Positions 27,257-36,754 of a stretch of 64,000 bases of DNA are shown piece by piece (the first letter of the stretch is position 1; every line of letters begins with the position of its first letter). The DNA comes from Candidatus Parcubacteria bacterium (GTDB taxonomy: Bacteria > Patescibacteriota > Minisyncoccia > SURF-38). The translations under genes were made by a program, and so were the position numbers. The DNA lies in NCBI GenBank assembly GCA_003599335.1, contig QZJN01000014.1, positions 1,432 through 65,431 on the forward strand, given 5' to 3'. Below the pieces are notes generated by a model, which saw only the letters and a program-made list of their open reading frames with translations, was not told where the DNA came from and did not search any database.

Positions 27257-28484
27257 AAAAGTTTCGGCAAAAAAGCACGGCAAGAAGGCCTCTTCAAAGA
27301 GGCTTAGTTTAGCTGAACGAATAAGGGCTTATCGCAAAGGGAGAAAAGCGCCAAAGACCAAGGTTATAAAAACAAAGCCCAAAAAAGAAGAAAAACTCTC
27401 TCCCAAGGAACTTCGCAAAAACTTTGAAAAGGGAATGAAGGAGCTTTTGGAGAGAGGTCGCCAGAGGGGATTTGTTACCGATGTTGAGATACTTAAATTT
27501 TTGCCAAATGTTGAGCAAGATATAACTTTTCTTGAAGAATTTTATTCAAGGCTTGAAGAGGCAAACATAAAAGTTGTCCAGTCCAAAGGGCTTATTCAGG
27601 AAACGGAAAAGCAAGAGGCTCAAAGGGCCAGGGTTTTGGAGGATTCGGAAAGTATGGTGCCCGATTCCGTGCAGATGTATTTGCGTGAAATTGGAAAAGT
27701 TGCGCTGCTTAAAGCTCAAGAAGAAAAAGACTTGGCTAAAAGAATTGCCCAGGGAGATGAAGAAGCAAGACAAAAACTAACCCAGGCCAATTTGAGGCTT
27801 GTTGTTTCTATTGCCAAGCAATACGTTGGGAGGAGCCCTCATTTGAGCCTTTTGGATTTGATTCAAGAGGGAAATATCGGTTTGTTTAAAGCGGTTGAAA
27901 AATTTGATTACAAAAAGGGATTTAAGTTTTCAACTTATGCCACTTGGTGGATACGCCAAGCCATCACCCGCGCTTTGGCCGACCAAGCGCGCACCATACG
28001 CATTCCGGTGCATATGGTTGAAACCATAAGCAAATATTCCCAAGCCAAAAGAAAATTAGCACAAGATCTGGGCCGGGAACCATTGCCGGAAGAGATTGCT
28101 TCGGAAATGGGAGTTGAGGTTGAAAAGATACGACATATTCAAAAGATTTCTCAAGAGACGGTTTCTTTGGAAGCGCCGGTTGGCGAGGGAGATGAAGATT
28201 CTACCCTGGGAGAATTTGTTGAAGACGAAAAAGAACTTTTGCCATCTCAAATTGCAGCCAGAAGATTATTGGCCGATCAGATTAAGGGAGTGTTGATTGA
28301 TTTAACGCCAAGAGAACAAAAGATATTAAGAATGAGATTTGGATTGGATGATGGCATTACTCATACACTTGAGGAAGTCGGTAAGGAATTTGGCGTTACC
28401 CGTGAGAGAATCCGTCAGATTGAAGCCAAGGCGCTTGAAAAAATACGTCAGCACAGGCATTTGAGAAAATTGGAAGGATATTAG
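27216..28484 (+). CDS. rpoD: RNA polymerase sigma factor RpoD (sigma-70)
   Basis: Region 2 ([37 protein letters not shown]) and region 4 HTH. RBS GGGAGA precedes ATG 27216, which overlaps the dnaG 3' end (the track start at 27162 is in-frame upstream). Confidence 0.88.
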   Translation: MAQTKLKAKKKQAKKVSAKKHGKKASSKRLSLAERIRAYRKGRKAPKTKVIKTKPKKEEKLSPKELRKNFEKGMKELLERGRQRGFVTDVEILKFLPNVEQDITFLEEFYSRLEEANIKVVQSKGLIQETEKQEAQRARVLEDSESMVPDSVQMYLREIGKVALLKAQEEKDLAKRIAQGDEEARQKLTQANLRLVVSIAKQYVGRSPHLSLLDLIQEGNIGLFKAVEKFDYKKGFKFSTYATWWIRQAITRALADQARTIRIPVHMVETISKYSQAKRKLAQDLGREPLPEEIASEMGVEVEKIRHIQKISQETVSLEAPVGEGDEDSTLGEFVEDEKELLPSQIAARRLLADQIKGVLIDLTPREQKILRMRFGLDDGITHTLEEVGKEFGVTRERIRQIEAKALEKIRQHRHLRKLEGY

Positions 28485-28516
28485 GCCAGTATTTATTATT
28501 TTGTATTTACTATATA

Positions 28517-28553
28517 AAACTCCCCAGTTATTGCATAATAACTGGGGAGTTTA
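28517..28553. terminator. Bidirectional terminator palindrome AAAACTCCCCAGTTATTGCATAATAACTGGGGAGTTT
   Basis: 15-bp stem with A/T runs on both sides, between convergent rpoD and the dehydrogenase gene. Confidence 0.65.
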
Positions 28554-28582
28554 GGATTTTAATTACGTAATAAGGTGTGTAA

Positions 28583-29800
28583 TTATTTCGGTAAAACAAT
28601 ATATATCATTCCGCCTTTGTCATCGGAGACGAATAGTCTATCTTTACTATCAAACTTCAAATCAACCGGGCGGCTTATGGCGCGACCATCTTGAAGCCAT
28701 CCGGAAATAAAATCAATTGGAGTTTCGTTTTTTGGTCGATTATTTTCAATTTCGTATCGTACAACTTTATAGCCAACAGGCGCAGAGCTGTTCCAGGAAC
28801 CATGCCAAGCGACAAGCAAATCGCCGGCCAAATCGGTTGGCCAGCTTTGCGGCACGAATGTTAAGCCAAGAGGAGCAATGTGGGCAGGCATATCAACCAA
28901 GCTTGGCTTCTCGAAAGGCTCCATGCACGGGTTTCGGATATAAGTATTTTTATCAAATTGCGTGTCGTAAACATTTTTGCCATAGCAAATCGGCCAGCCG
29001 TAATTTCCGCCATCTTGAATTATATTTATTTCATCTGGCGGCAAGTTGTCTCCGAGCCAATCGCGGCCCATATCGGTTGCCCAGAATTCTTTACTTGTTG
29101 GATGCCAGACAAAAAAGACCGAATTGCGCAGACCCTTGGCATAAATTCTAGCACCTGAACCATCGGGGTTGGCCTGCATAATAGTTGCCCTTCGTTCATC
29201 GCGTTCAATACAAACATTACAGGTTGATCCTATGGAGATATAAAGTTTGTTGTCAGGCCCAAAACCGACCGTGCGCGTGAAATGGCCCCCGCCCGAGGGC
29301 AGGCTTAATATCTTTTGGTAATTTGAGAGTTTTAGATTGTCGGCGTCATATTCATAGCGGCCTAGTTCTCCGGTTCTTGCTATATATAAATACCAAGGGC
29401 ATTCTTGGCAACCAGGTTCCTGCCAAAAGGCAAGGCCATGAGGCTGGAGCATATTGGCCGCAAGGAGCACAGTCTCATCCGCCCGATTGTCATTATTTTT
29501 ATCTGGCAAGGCAACGACGGCGCCTTTGCCAGTTAGGCTTACGACGAGGGTCCCTTTTGGATCAAGGGCTATTACCCTTGGGCCATCAAGTCCTTGGGCA
29601 AAAAGACCAATTTTTAGGTTTGGATCCAAAGATAAAGGAAAATTTGGCAGTAAAAGGTTTTCGGAGATCTGAAAAGCCTTATCTGTTTGTGGCGGAGGAA
29701 ATATAATTGGTTTCAAGCCTTGCAAAACCTTTTCAGCCAAAAACCAACCGCCTAAAAGTAAAATTGCTATTGCTATTACCCAAATAAAACCCTTGTTCAT
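28583..29800 (-). CDS. PQQ-dependent sugar (glucose/sorbosone) dehydrogenase-like beta-propeller protein
   Basis: Signal anchor plus SGDH family motifs (HGLAF, GPDNKLYISIG, DGGNYGWP). Confidence 0.7.
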   Translation of the reverse strand: MNKGFIWVIAIAILLLGGWFLAEKVLQGLKPIIFPPPQTDKAFQISENLLLPNFPLSLDPNLKIGLFAQGLDGPRVIALDPKGTLVVSLTGKGAVVALPDKNNDNRADETVLLAANMLQPHGLAFWQEPGCQECPWYLYIARTGELGRYEYDADNLKLSNYQKILSLPSGGGHFTRTVGFGPDNKLYISIGSTCNVCIERDERRATIMQANPDGSGARIYAKGLRNSVFFVWHPTSKEFWATDMGRDWLGDNLPPDEINIIQDGGNYGWPICYGKNVYDTQFDKNTYIRNPCMEPFEKPSLVDMPAHIAPLGLTFVPQSWPTDLAGDLLVAWHGSWNSSAPVGYKVVRYEIENNRPKNETPIDFISGWLQDGRAISRPVDLKFDSKDRLFVSDDKGGMIYIVLPK

Positions 29801-30216
29801 TTTACGAACAAAAATATGCTTGTAAATAAGATAAGATAATTAATAACGGCGGAAAAAATACACCAAGAACAGAAGTTTTTAAGGACGCTGAACTGAATTA
29901 CCAGAAGATAACTTGAGGCTATGGCTGCTATTATTGCTATGAAAAGGACGGCCTCTGGGATTTTTGGGAAGTCTGACCCGGAAAGTTGCCAGGCGCTCAG
30001 GCTTATTAAAGCCAGATAAAATAATGTTCCGACAATTTCATTTTTTACTCCAAGGGTTTTACCCCACTGAGAGCCAACGACAGCTTCGCAATCTTGACCA
30101 AAAAGGCATGTCATCGGCCTTTGGTTTTTTATTTTTTGACGATATTGCCAATAAAGATAAGAAGCGTTAACGGCGCCTACTATGCTTAAAATCAAGATTG
30201 AAATATAATAAGTCAT
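29797..30216 (-). CDS. Vitamin K epoxide reductase (VKOR) family membrane protein
   Basis: 4-TM protein with a loop Cys pair (CLFGQDC) and a CxxC (CSWC) in the last TM. Confidence 0.6.
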   Translation of the reverse strand: MTYYISILILSIVGAVNASYLYWQYRQKIKNQRPMTCLFGQDCEAVVGSQWGKTLGVKNEIVGTLFYLALISLSAWQLSGSDFPKIPEAVLFIAIIAAIASSYLLVIQFSVLKNFCSWCIFSAVINYLILFTSIFLFVK

Positions 30217-30246
30217 ACGACCTTAGTGTAAGTTTTATTTCTTGAT

Positions 30247-30765
30247 ATGGCAAATATAAAAATTTGTTTTAAGAGGAGAGCTTTTTCGGGATTTACCATT
30301 ATTGAATTGATTGTAGTTATAGCGATTCTCGGCATTTTGGCCGCTATTATTATTCCAAGGTTAAGAGAAGCTCGGCTTGAAGCCCAGAAAGCCCAAGCAA
30401 TTTTAATGCTTAGTCAGATTCAACGAGCCATAGGATTTCTTGAAACAGATTCCGATCAATGGCCCGGGCATGTGGCGCCGGGAACAATTCAAAGCGGAGC
30501 AAGCGGTAATGAAATGTGGAATTTGAATGGGGATGAAGCGGGGCTGGTTTTGAGCGATGGGGCTTTTCCAAATTGGAAAGGACCCTATATTTCAAGCATA
30601 CCAAGAGACCCGTGGGGAAATCATTATTTTTTTGATACTGACTATGACATTGATCCTGGAGCGGGCCAGACTTGGGCTTCGGTTGTTGGTTCGTTTGGGC
30701 CAAATGGACAAGGACAAAACGTTTACGATAGCGATAATATAATTGTTGTATTTGCAGTAGAATAA
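30247..30765 (+). CDS. Type IV pilin-like / pseudopilin protein
   Basis: Prepilin N-terminal motif GFTIIELIVVIAILGILAAI. Confidence 0.7.
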   Translation: MANIKICFKRRAFSGFTIIELIVVIAILGILAAIIIPRLREARLEAQKAQAILMLSQIQRAIGFLETDSDQWPGHVAPGTIQSGASGNEMWNLNGDEAGLVLSDGAFPNWKGPYISSIPRDPWGNHYFFDTDYDIDPGAGQTWASVVGSFGPNGQGQNVYDSDNIIVVFAVE

Positions 30766-30769
30766 CGAA

Positions 30770-30797
30770 AACACCCGCCTGCAAGGCGGGTGTTTTT
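30770..30797. terminator. Bidirectional terminator ACACCCGCC-TGCAA-GGCGGGTGT + TTTT
   Basis: 9-bp stem with a T-run. Confidence 0.65.
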
Positions 30798-30799
30798 GC

Positions 30800-31084
30800 T
30801 TAAGAAACATCTCGATGGGTTTCGTACATAAATGAGGCGTCTGGGTTGTGAGTTTTCAAAAGCTCTATTATTTTGCGAAAGATTTCGTTTGAATTGACCT
30901 CGTCCCTGTTTGAAATCCAGGAATTAATTTCCCACATTATTTTCTCGGCTATTTTTTCGGATTGTTCTTTGTTAAGGTGAGCGTTTAAACAGGCCGAATA
31001 GACAGAAGCATAGACTTTCTTTTCATCAAAAGGTTCCTTGTGGCCCTGACGTTTTACTATATGAGCAACTTCCATATCAGCCAA
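30800..31084 (-). CDS. Stand-alone ATP-cone domain protein
   Basis: 94 aa; VKRQGHKEPFDEKKVYASVYSAC...IAEKI resembles the ATP-cone (NrdR/RNR N-terminal) pattern. Confidence 0.5.
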   Translation of the reverse strand: MADMEVAHIVKRQGHKEPFDEKKVYASVYSACLNAHLNKEQSEKIAEKIMWEINSWISNRDEVNSNEIFRKIIELLKTHNPDASFMYETHRDVS

Positions 31085-31787
31085 AATTAATGGTGCCGTT
31101 GGCTATTAGTATTAAAAGCCAGGCCAGAGCAATAAGCAAGAGGCCGGTTGCTAGCCTCATTGTTCCTCTATTTGCTTGTTTCCACATCTTTATATCTTGC
31201 AGTTTTTTACCAGCAGCGACCATAAAGAGAATTATTATCAATGGCGATACAAATATAATGTTATAAAATACAAGCAGCATGAAGGCCGTAAAATCGAAGT
31301 ATTGGGAAAGGACAGTGATTATTGCAAGATAAGGAGCGCCGGTGCAGGGGAGTTCAACAGCCGAAACAAAAGCCCCCAAAAACGCAACTCCCCAAACGGT
31401 TGTTTTTGAAGCAAAGCCATGAAGCATTTTGGCAAATACGGGCGGGATCATTAAAGAAAAACCTTCCCCATACCAAAAGTAATCTTTTATTTCGATTAGG
31501 CCGGCGATAACTATCAAGACAGCGACTCCAATTGAAAGATATTCGGTTACCGCAAGGGGAATTTGAGAAAGGAAGTAAACAAGTCCAAGCCCGGCCGCAA
31601 GATAAACGGCAAGGATCGAGAGTATATAAACAGTCCCCAAAAACAGCATTCTTCGAATTGATTGCCCGCCAGCCAAAACAACCGAAAGCATCAAAATCAA
31701 AACGCCGATCGCGCATGGATTGATTGAGTCAATCGCCGCCGTTAAAAAAACTGTCAGTATTGTCGGTAATGAGGATTCAATTCCCAT
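31077..31787 (-). CDS. ccdA: CcdA/DsbD-family thiol:disulfide electron transporter (paralog 1)
   Basis: DSINPCA and ELPCTGAPY motifs in a 6-TM protein. Confidence 0.75.
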   Translation of the reverse strand: MGIESSLPTILTVFLTAAIDSINPCAIGVLILMLSVVLAGGQSIRRMLFLGTVYILSILAVYLAAGLGLVYFLSQIPLAVTEYLSIGVAVLIVIAGLIEIKDYFWYGEGFSLMIPPVFAKMLHGFASKTTVWGVAFLGAFVSAVELPCTGAPYLAIITVLSQYFDFTAFMLLVFYNIIFVSPLIIILFMVAAGKKLQDIKMWKQANRGTMRLATGLLLIALAWLLILIANGTINFG

Positions 31788-31789
31788 GG

Positions 31790-32635
31790 TTATTGATCCA
31801 TTTTTAGATCGCCTTTATCTAACTCAAGTTTATAGAAATTACAGATTTTATCTGTTTTATCTTTCTGTTTTGTATCAAATTCAAAAATTATACAATCTCC
31901 AGGAGGAATTCGGGCATACGGAGACAAGACGTATTCAGAAAAATTATCAATTTTTTTCTGAGTAACTAGGCCATCTCTTATTTGATAAACAAAAACATTC
32001 AAATTTGCAGGTTCGTTATTTGGGCACAAGTCTCCATTTCTTAAAATTTTCATCCCATCGTTTGTGGGTAAGAAGATTTCAACGAGATTCAATTTGCCTC
32101 CAATAACTTCAAAGAATTCGGCCAAATTTACATTGTGGGGTTCGAGGACAACTCCTTCAACATGAATTCTATTGTCGTTGTGTTCGTGTAAGACAGGCGT
32201 GCCGATGCGATTGGATAAACCCCGCGGATCTATAAGATTTATTTCTTCGTCGCAGGAAAAAATACGAAAATCGGCATGCCAATGAACAGGCCCCTTGCTT
32301 GATGATTTTGAGTTTAGATAAACAGTTGAGCCGGCCAGATAAAGCGTTGCAATTGAAGCCGAGAGAGCTATAAAAATAAAAGCGGTTTTCTTAAAGCCCT
32401 CGTTTTGGGATTTGTTTAGAAGGGCAATAATAACAAAAAAGGCGATTATAAGACTTGCATATAGAATTATTTTCCAAGAATTATCGGTGATTATTTCATC
32501 AAGGCGAGGACCATCTTCATGAGCAAGGGAAACAAAGGGCATTATCAAAACCAAAACAGCTATCCATGCGGACAGTGTTTTGGGCAATATTTTTTTTGTT
32601 GCAGGAATAGGTTTCTTAAACAAGATTTTTAGCAA
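31790..32635 (-). CDS. Hypothetical exported protein
   Basis: Signal-peptide-like N-terminus (AWIAVLVLIMPFVSLAHE) with a TTG start; no domain recognised. Confidence 0.45.
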   Translation of the reverse strand: MLKILFKKPIPATKKILPKTLSAWIAVLVLIMPFVSLAHEDGPRLDEIITDNSWKIILYASLIIAFFVIIALLNKSQNEGFKKTAFIFIALSASIATLYLAGSTVYLNSKSSSKGPVHWHADFRIFSCDEEINLIDPRGLSNRIGTPVLHEHNDNRIHVEGVVLEPHNVNLAEFFEVIGGKLNLVEIFLPTNDGMKILRNGDLCPNNEPANLNVFVYQIRDGLVTQKKIDNFSEYVLSPYARIPPGDCIIFEFDTKQKDKTDKICNFYKLELDKGDLKMDQ

Positions 32636-32808
32636 AATTCGCAGACGTTGTCTTTCTTTTGCTTGTGTTCTCCTTTAGACGGATCACCGCAGCATTTTTC
32701 GCAGCAAAAAGTACTTCCCTCAAGCATAAAATGTCCTTCTGATTTCTTTTTGTTTTTTCCGCACTTTGCGCAAGTATAAGTTTCTTGTCCCTGTGTTTTT
32801 TGTTCCAT
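32629..32808 (-). CDS. Small Cys-rich protein (59 aa; CxxC...CCxxCC...CxxC), putative metal-binding
   Basis: Below the ORF-track cutoff. It reads MEQKTQGQETYTCAKCGKNKKKSEGHFMLEGSTFCCEKCCGDPSKGEHKQKKDNVCEFC and sits directly downstream of the P-type ATPase on the same strand. Confidence 0.4.
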   Translation of the reverse strand: MEQKTQGQETYTCAKCGKNKKKSEGHFMLEGSTFCCEKCCGDPSKGEHKQKKDNVCEFC

Positions 32809-32874
32809 TATTTTTTAGCTAATTATTAATTCAATATTGATTATAGCAATTACCATGGCTGTTGGGCAAACAAT

Positions 32875-35481
32875 TTATGTGGAGTTTTTTCTGAATCGCC
32901 ATTTAATTATTTCAATTATAATAACCTTTAAAAGGCTCAAACCTATCACCGCGAGCAGGCTCATTAGGGGTAGGGGGGCTGTTTTAAGGAGTGTATTTAA
33001 GGCCGGATGGTATATTGCTCCAAATACCATGAGTAAACCAAAGGCGACTGCGGCCAAAACGAAAGGGTTGTTGAATAATTTTGTTTTAGTGATTGGCTGG
33101 CGTAGGGATTTTATTGAAAATATGTAAAAGAGGATATTGATGCTCAAAACGGCAAAGATAAAGGTTTGCACATTGATCGTTGGTATATTTGTGAAAAAAT
33201 GTAGATACATGAATACTCCTCCTAAAATTAAGTCGGATATGATTCCGGCTATAAAAATCATCAACCAACCCTCTTTGTCTATAATCGGTTCGGAACGTTT
33301 TATTGGTTGTCGTTTCATTATGTCCGATTCTCCTTTTTCAAAGGCCAAAGAAAGGCTTGGTAGGGCGTCTTGGACAAGATTGGCCCATAATATTTGGGTT
33401 GCTGTAATTGGTAGGGGAGTTTTAAAGATGAGGGCAAGAAAAGAAAGAATCAGTTCCGTGAAAGAGGTTATCAATAAAAGTATTGTCACTTTTCTGATAT
33501 TATCAAAGGCTATTCTTCCGTGTTCTATGGCTGAAATTATAGTCGAAAAACTGTTGTCTAAAAGCACCAAGTCGGCGGCTTCTTTTGTTACATCTGTTGC
33601 CGATCCTACGGCGACTCCGATATCTGCCGCCCTTAAAGCCGGAGCGTCATTAATGCCATCGCCGGTCATGGCTACAGAGGCACCGTTTGCCTGCCAGGCC
33701 TGAATAATTCTCATTTTATGTTTGGGATTTACTCTTGCGAATATCTCTATACCTTTGATTTTTTGTTTTAAGTCTTCATCGGATAAGGCATCCAAGTCTT
33801 TTGCTTCCATAATAGATTCTGGGTTTCCGTTCAGGCCGAGCTCTTTACCGATTGCCTCGGCTGTTAAACGATGATCTCCGGTAACCATAACAACTCCAAG
33901 GCCGGCTTCTTTTGTTATTTTTATTGTTTCTTTAACATCTTCGCGTATTGGATCTCGGATTGCGGCAAGGCCTATAAAGGTTAAGTCTTTTATATAATCG
34001 TAAGGCTGCTCTTGGGATTCTAATATTTTTGGATCAGCCTGAATTTTTGCATGGGCGCATCCAATGACCCGATATCCGCTTTTTGCTAAAGATTCATAAA
34101 GATTTTCAAGTTCTGTTTTTTTATCCTCGGTTAAATTTAATACCCCGTTTTGATGCCAAGCACTTGAAGACAGGCCGAGCAAAATTTCCGGAGCCCCGCT
34201 TACAAAAACTTCGGTCGATTTTTTATCCTCACCCAAATTGAAAGAAGCCAGGTATTTTTTGGTCGGATCAAAAGGCAAAAAATTTATTCTTGGAGATTTT
34301 TCAAGCAATTCTTCAAGGCTACCTCCTTTGTTTACAAAAAATTCCATTTTTGCTTTATCGGTCGCATCGCCTTTTATTTGCCATTCATTATCGTGGCGTT
34401 CGGCGACGGCTTCGTTGGCCAGGGCGAGGATTTTCATGGCAAGTTCATCGGCATCATCGGTAAAGAGTTTTTCAAGCTTCATAATGCCTTCCGTAAGAGT
34501 GCCTGTTTTATCGGAACAAATTACGGTTGCCGAGCCGAGGGTTTCGGCCGCTAAAATATGTTTTACAAGACCCTTCTTTTTAAGGATGTGTTGCGAAGAG
34601 ACCGCCAAAACAACCGATAATGCGGCCGGCAGGCCCTCGGGGATGGCTGCAACAGCTACGGCAACGGCCAAGGTGAACATTTCGACAATATCTCTTGATT
34701 CAAGCAACCCGGAAACAAAAATCAAAAAAGCGGCTATACCAACAAAGGCCGTTAGGACCTTGCCGAGTCCAGCTATGCGTTGCTGGAGCGGGGTGATAAC
34801 CTCTTCGGCTTTTTGGGTTAGGTTTGCGATTTGACCAACCTCGGTTTTTGCTCCGGTTGATGTAACAATAACAATGGTTTCGCCCTCCTCAACGGTTGTT
34901 CCCATGAAGACCATATTGTTCTGATCGGCCAAAGGAGTTTCTTTTTCCGTGACGCCAACGATTTTTTTTACTGGAGTTGATTCTCCGGTGAGTATGGCCT
35001 CATTCATCCTTAAATGGCGCGTTTGGAATATTCTTCCATCGGCCGGAGCCTTCATTCCCGGTTTCAGGATGATTATATCTCCGGGCACAACCTCTTCAGC
35101 ATCAACCTCAAATGTTTTTTTATCTCTTATTATTCTGGCTTGAACTTTTACAATTTGACGCAGTTTTTCAAAAATATTTCCCGAACGATATTCCTGATAA
35201 AAACCGACCAAAGTGTTTACTATAACTGCCGCCAAAATAACACTTGTATCCGTGTATTCTTTGAGCCAAGCCGTCATACCGGCCGCCGCAAGCAATATTA
35301 TTACGAGCGGACTGTTAAATTGTTTCAAGAATAAAAGCCACCAAGGAATTTTTTTGCCCTGGGGCAGGGCATTCCGTCCGTATTTTAGAAGCCTTTCTTT
35401 TGCTTCTTTTTGAGTCAGACCGGTTTTGGGGTCTGTGTTGAGCTGTTTGATTGTTTCCTCAAGAGTAATATCGTGCCACAT
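32875..35481 (-). CDS. P-type cation-transporting ATPase, type II (Ca2+/Mg2+-like)
   Basis: DKTGTLT phosphorylation site, PEGLP motif (IPEGLPAALS), hinge GDGINDAPAL, and a cation-ATPase N-terminal domain. No CPx heavy-metal motif. Confidence 0.85.
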   Translation of the reverse strand: MWHDITLEETIKQLNTDPKTGLTQKEAKERLLKYGRNALPQGKKIPWWLLFLKQFNSPLVIILLAAAGMTAWLKEYTDTSVILAAVIVNTLVGFYQEYRSGNIFEKLRQIVKVQARIIRDKKTFEVDAEEVVPGDIIILKPGMKAPADGRIFQTRHLRMNEAILTGESTPVKKIVGVTEKETPLADQNNMVFMGTTVEEGETIVIVTSTGAKTEVGQIANLTQKAEEVITPLQQRIAGLGKVLTAFVGIAAFLIFVSGLLESRDIVEMFTLAVAVAVAAIPEGLPAALSVVLAVSSQHILKKKGLVKHILAAETLGSATVICSDKTGTLTEGIMKLEKLFTDDADELAMKILALANEAVAERHDNEWQIKGDATDKAKMEFFVNKGGSLEELLEKSPRINFLPFDPTKKYLASFNLGEDKKSTEVFVSGAPEILLGLSSSAWHQNGVLNLTEDKKTELENLYESLAKSGYRVIGCAHAKIQADPKILESQEQPYDYIKDLTFIGLAAIRDPIREDVKETIKITKEAGLGVVMVTGDHRLTAEAIGKELGLNGNPESIMEAKDLDALSDEDLKQKIKGIEIFARVNPKHKMRIIQAWQANGASVAMTGDGINDAPALRAADIGVAVGSATDVTKEAADLVLLDNSFSTIISAIEHGRIAFDNIRKVTILLLITSFTELILSFLALIFKTPLPITATQILWANLVQDALPSLSLAFEKGESDIMKRQPIKRSEPIIDKEGWLMIFIAGIISDLILGGVFMYLHFFTNIPTINVQTFIFAVLSINILFYIFSIKSLRQPITKTKLFNNPFVLAAVAFGLLMVFGAIYHPALNTLLKTAPLPLMSLLAVIGLSLLKVIIIEIIKWRFRKNST

Positions 35482-35632
35482 TCTGATTAGGAGTTAGGGT
35501 TTAGGAGATAGTATAAATTCACTTGAACTAATTATATCATAAAAACGCTTTTAATTCGGTTTGTTTTTCTATTGACAAAAGACTATTTCTATGATAGCTT
35601 AATAGCAGCACGCTCTGAGAAAGGAGACGCTT

Positions 35633-35929
35633 GTGATTGAGCAAAGTCTCGTGAACACCGTGGCGGACAAGGCCGAAGAATTTATCGGTCAAGGTATGAA
35701 AGAATCTGTGGCAATCTACAGGGCCATGGGTTATCGTTTCAACGATCAGCGCCGTCGTAAGCTGCTTTTCTGGAAAGTGAGCAGTGAACTTCGGCGACGC
35801 AAGCAAGAACGAGAAGGCAAGCGGCCAACAAAGCCCCTGGCCAAGTCTGAAAAGCGTCGTCTGGCACGGCTTGCCGCAGAGGCAGCTTCGGTCCAGGCTC
35901 TCCATCCACCGCCCGAATCTTCTTTGTAG
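35633..35929 (+). CDS. Hypothetical basic protein, GC-rich (possibly horizontally acquired)
   Basis: RBS AAGGAGA lies 5 nt before a GTG start. The local GC is ~55-60% against a ~40% background. Confidence 0.4.
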   Translation: MIEQSLVNTVADKAEEFIGQGMKESVAIYRAMGYRFNDQRRRKLLFWKVSSELRRRKQEREGKRPTKPLAKSEKRRLARLAAEAASVQALHPPPESSL

Positions 35930-35995
35930 TTTCAAGGAGATTCGGGCGGCTTGTTTTTGATCTTAAGATATTAGAGAAAATCAGAAGGAGGAAAG

Positions 35996-36244
35996 ATGTT
36001 TGAAAAGCCAATTTCGGCTCGTATCAAAAACCCACAGGATTTTCCCTGCGCCGAAATTGAGGTGTGGGGAGAGATCTTATATCCGGAAGGGACAAAGTTT
36101 TTCGTTTGCGTTTTTCCGGTTGGTGTATTCTACGGAACGCCAAATTACGCCGGGCGTTTCGTAGACGGTCCTTGCAAGGAGAGATATTTCATTTGTTTGC
36201 CGGCGGAGGCCGTTGAGTTTGTTGTCGGAGTTCCAGCTTCTTAG
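35996..36244 (+). CDS. Hypothetical protein, GC-rich
   Basis: RBS AGGAGG precedes the ATG; 82 aa with 4 Cys. Confidence 0.4.
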   Translation: MFEKPISARIKNPQDFPCAEIEVWGEILYPEGTKFFVCVFPVGVFYGTPNYAGRFVDGPCKERYFICLPAEAVEFVVGVPAS

Positions 36245-36285
36245 CCCGGTTTGGGTAGTTGTTTATACCAGACCGGGCTCGTTTT

Positions 36286-36738
36286 TTATCCAAGCCACTT
36301 CGGAAAATTATTAAATTTTTGAGACAATTTTCCGTCCAGGCCCCAAATTCTACCGGCTTGCAGCGAGGCAAGAAGTGTCAGGACAAGAGAGTAAATAATA
36401 TGCTCATCCACCAAGTAAGAGTGCGTTCCAACTTTTGGGAATTCCAGAATCGGAATATAGTAAAGTAACATTAGGATTATTCCCAAAACCGAACTTAATC
36501 TTACAAAGATGCCAAATATCAAGGAAGTGCCAAGCAGCGTCAACCCCCACTCGTTGACAAAATTTATAAACGGCAAGACATCCGGGCTTGCCAGCCATTG
36601 ATATAAGCCAGGAAGTGTTTTTGCGCTGTTTAGATAACCGACCGCGCTCCAGGCTGGATTTATTACTTTTGTAATCCCGGCATAGAAAAACAACCAGCCC
36701 AAGGCGACCCTTAATAAGACCAGGAATTTTTGAGACAT
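36286..36738 (-). CDS. DoxX-family membrane protein
   Basis: 4-TM DoxX pattern (LLRVALGWLFFYAGITK). Confidence 0.65.
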   Translation of the reverse strand: MSQKFLVLLRVALGWLFFYAGITKVINPAWSAVGYLNSAKTLPGLYQWLASPDVLPFINFVNEWGLTLLGTSLIFGIFVRLSSVLGIILMLLYYIPILEFPKVGTHSYLVDEHIIYSLVLTLLASLQAGRIWGLDGKLSQKFNNFPKWLG

Positions 36739-36754
36739 TTTTAGAAGTTAATAA

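Noticed and set aside
35537-35935. 132-aa minus-strand ORF overlapping the GC-rich + strand small gene
   Set aside because: It is antisense to an ORF with a proper RBS and is likely a chance ORF in GC-rich sequence.
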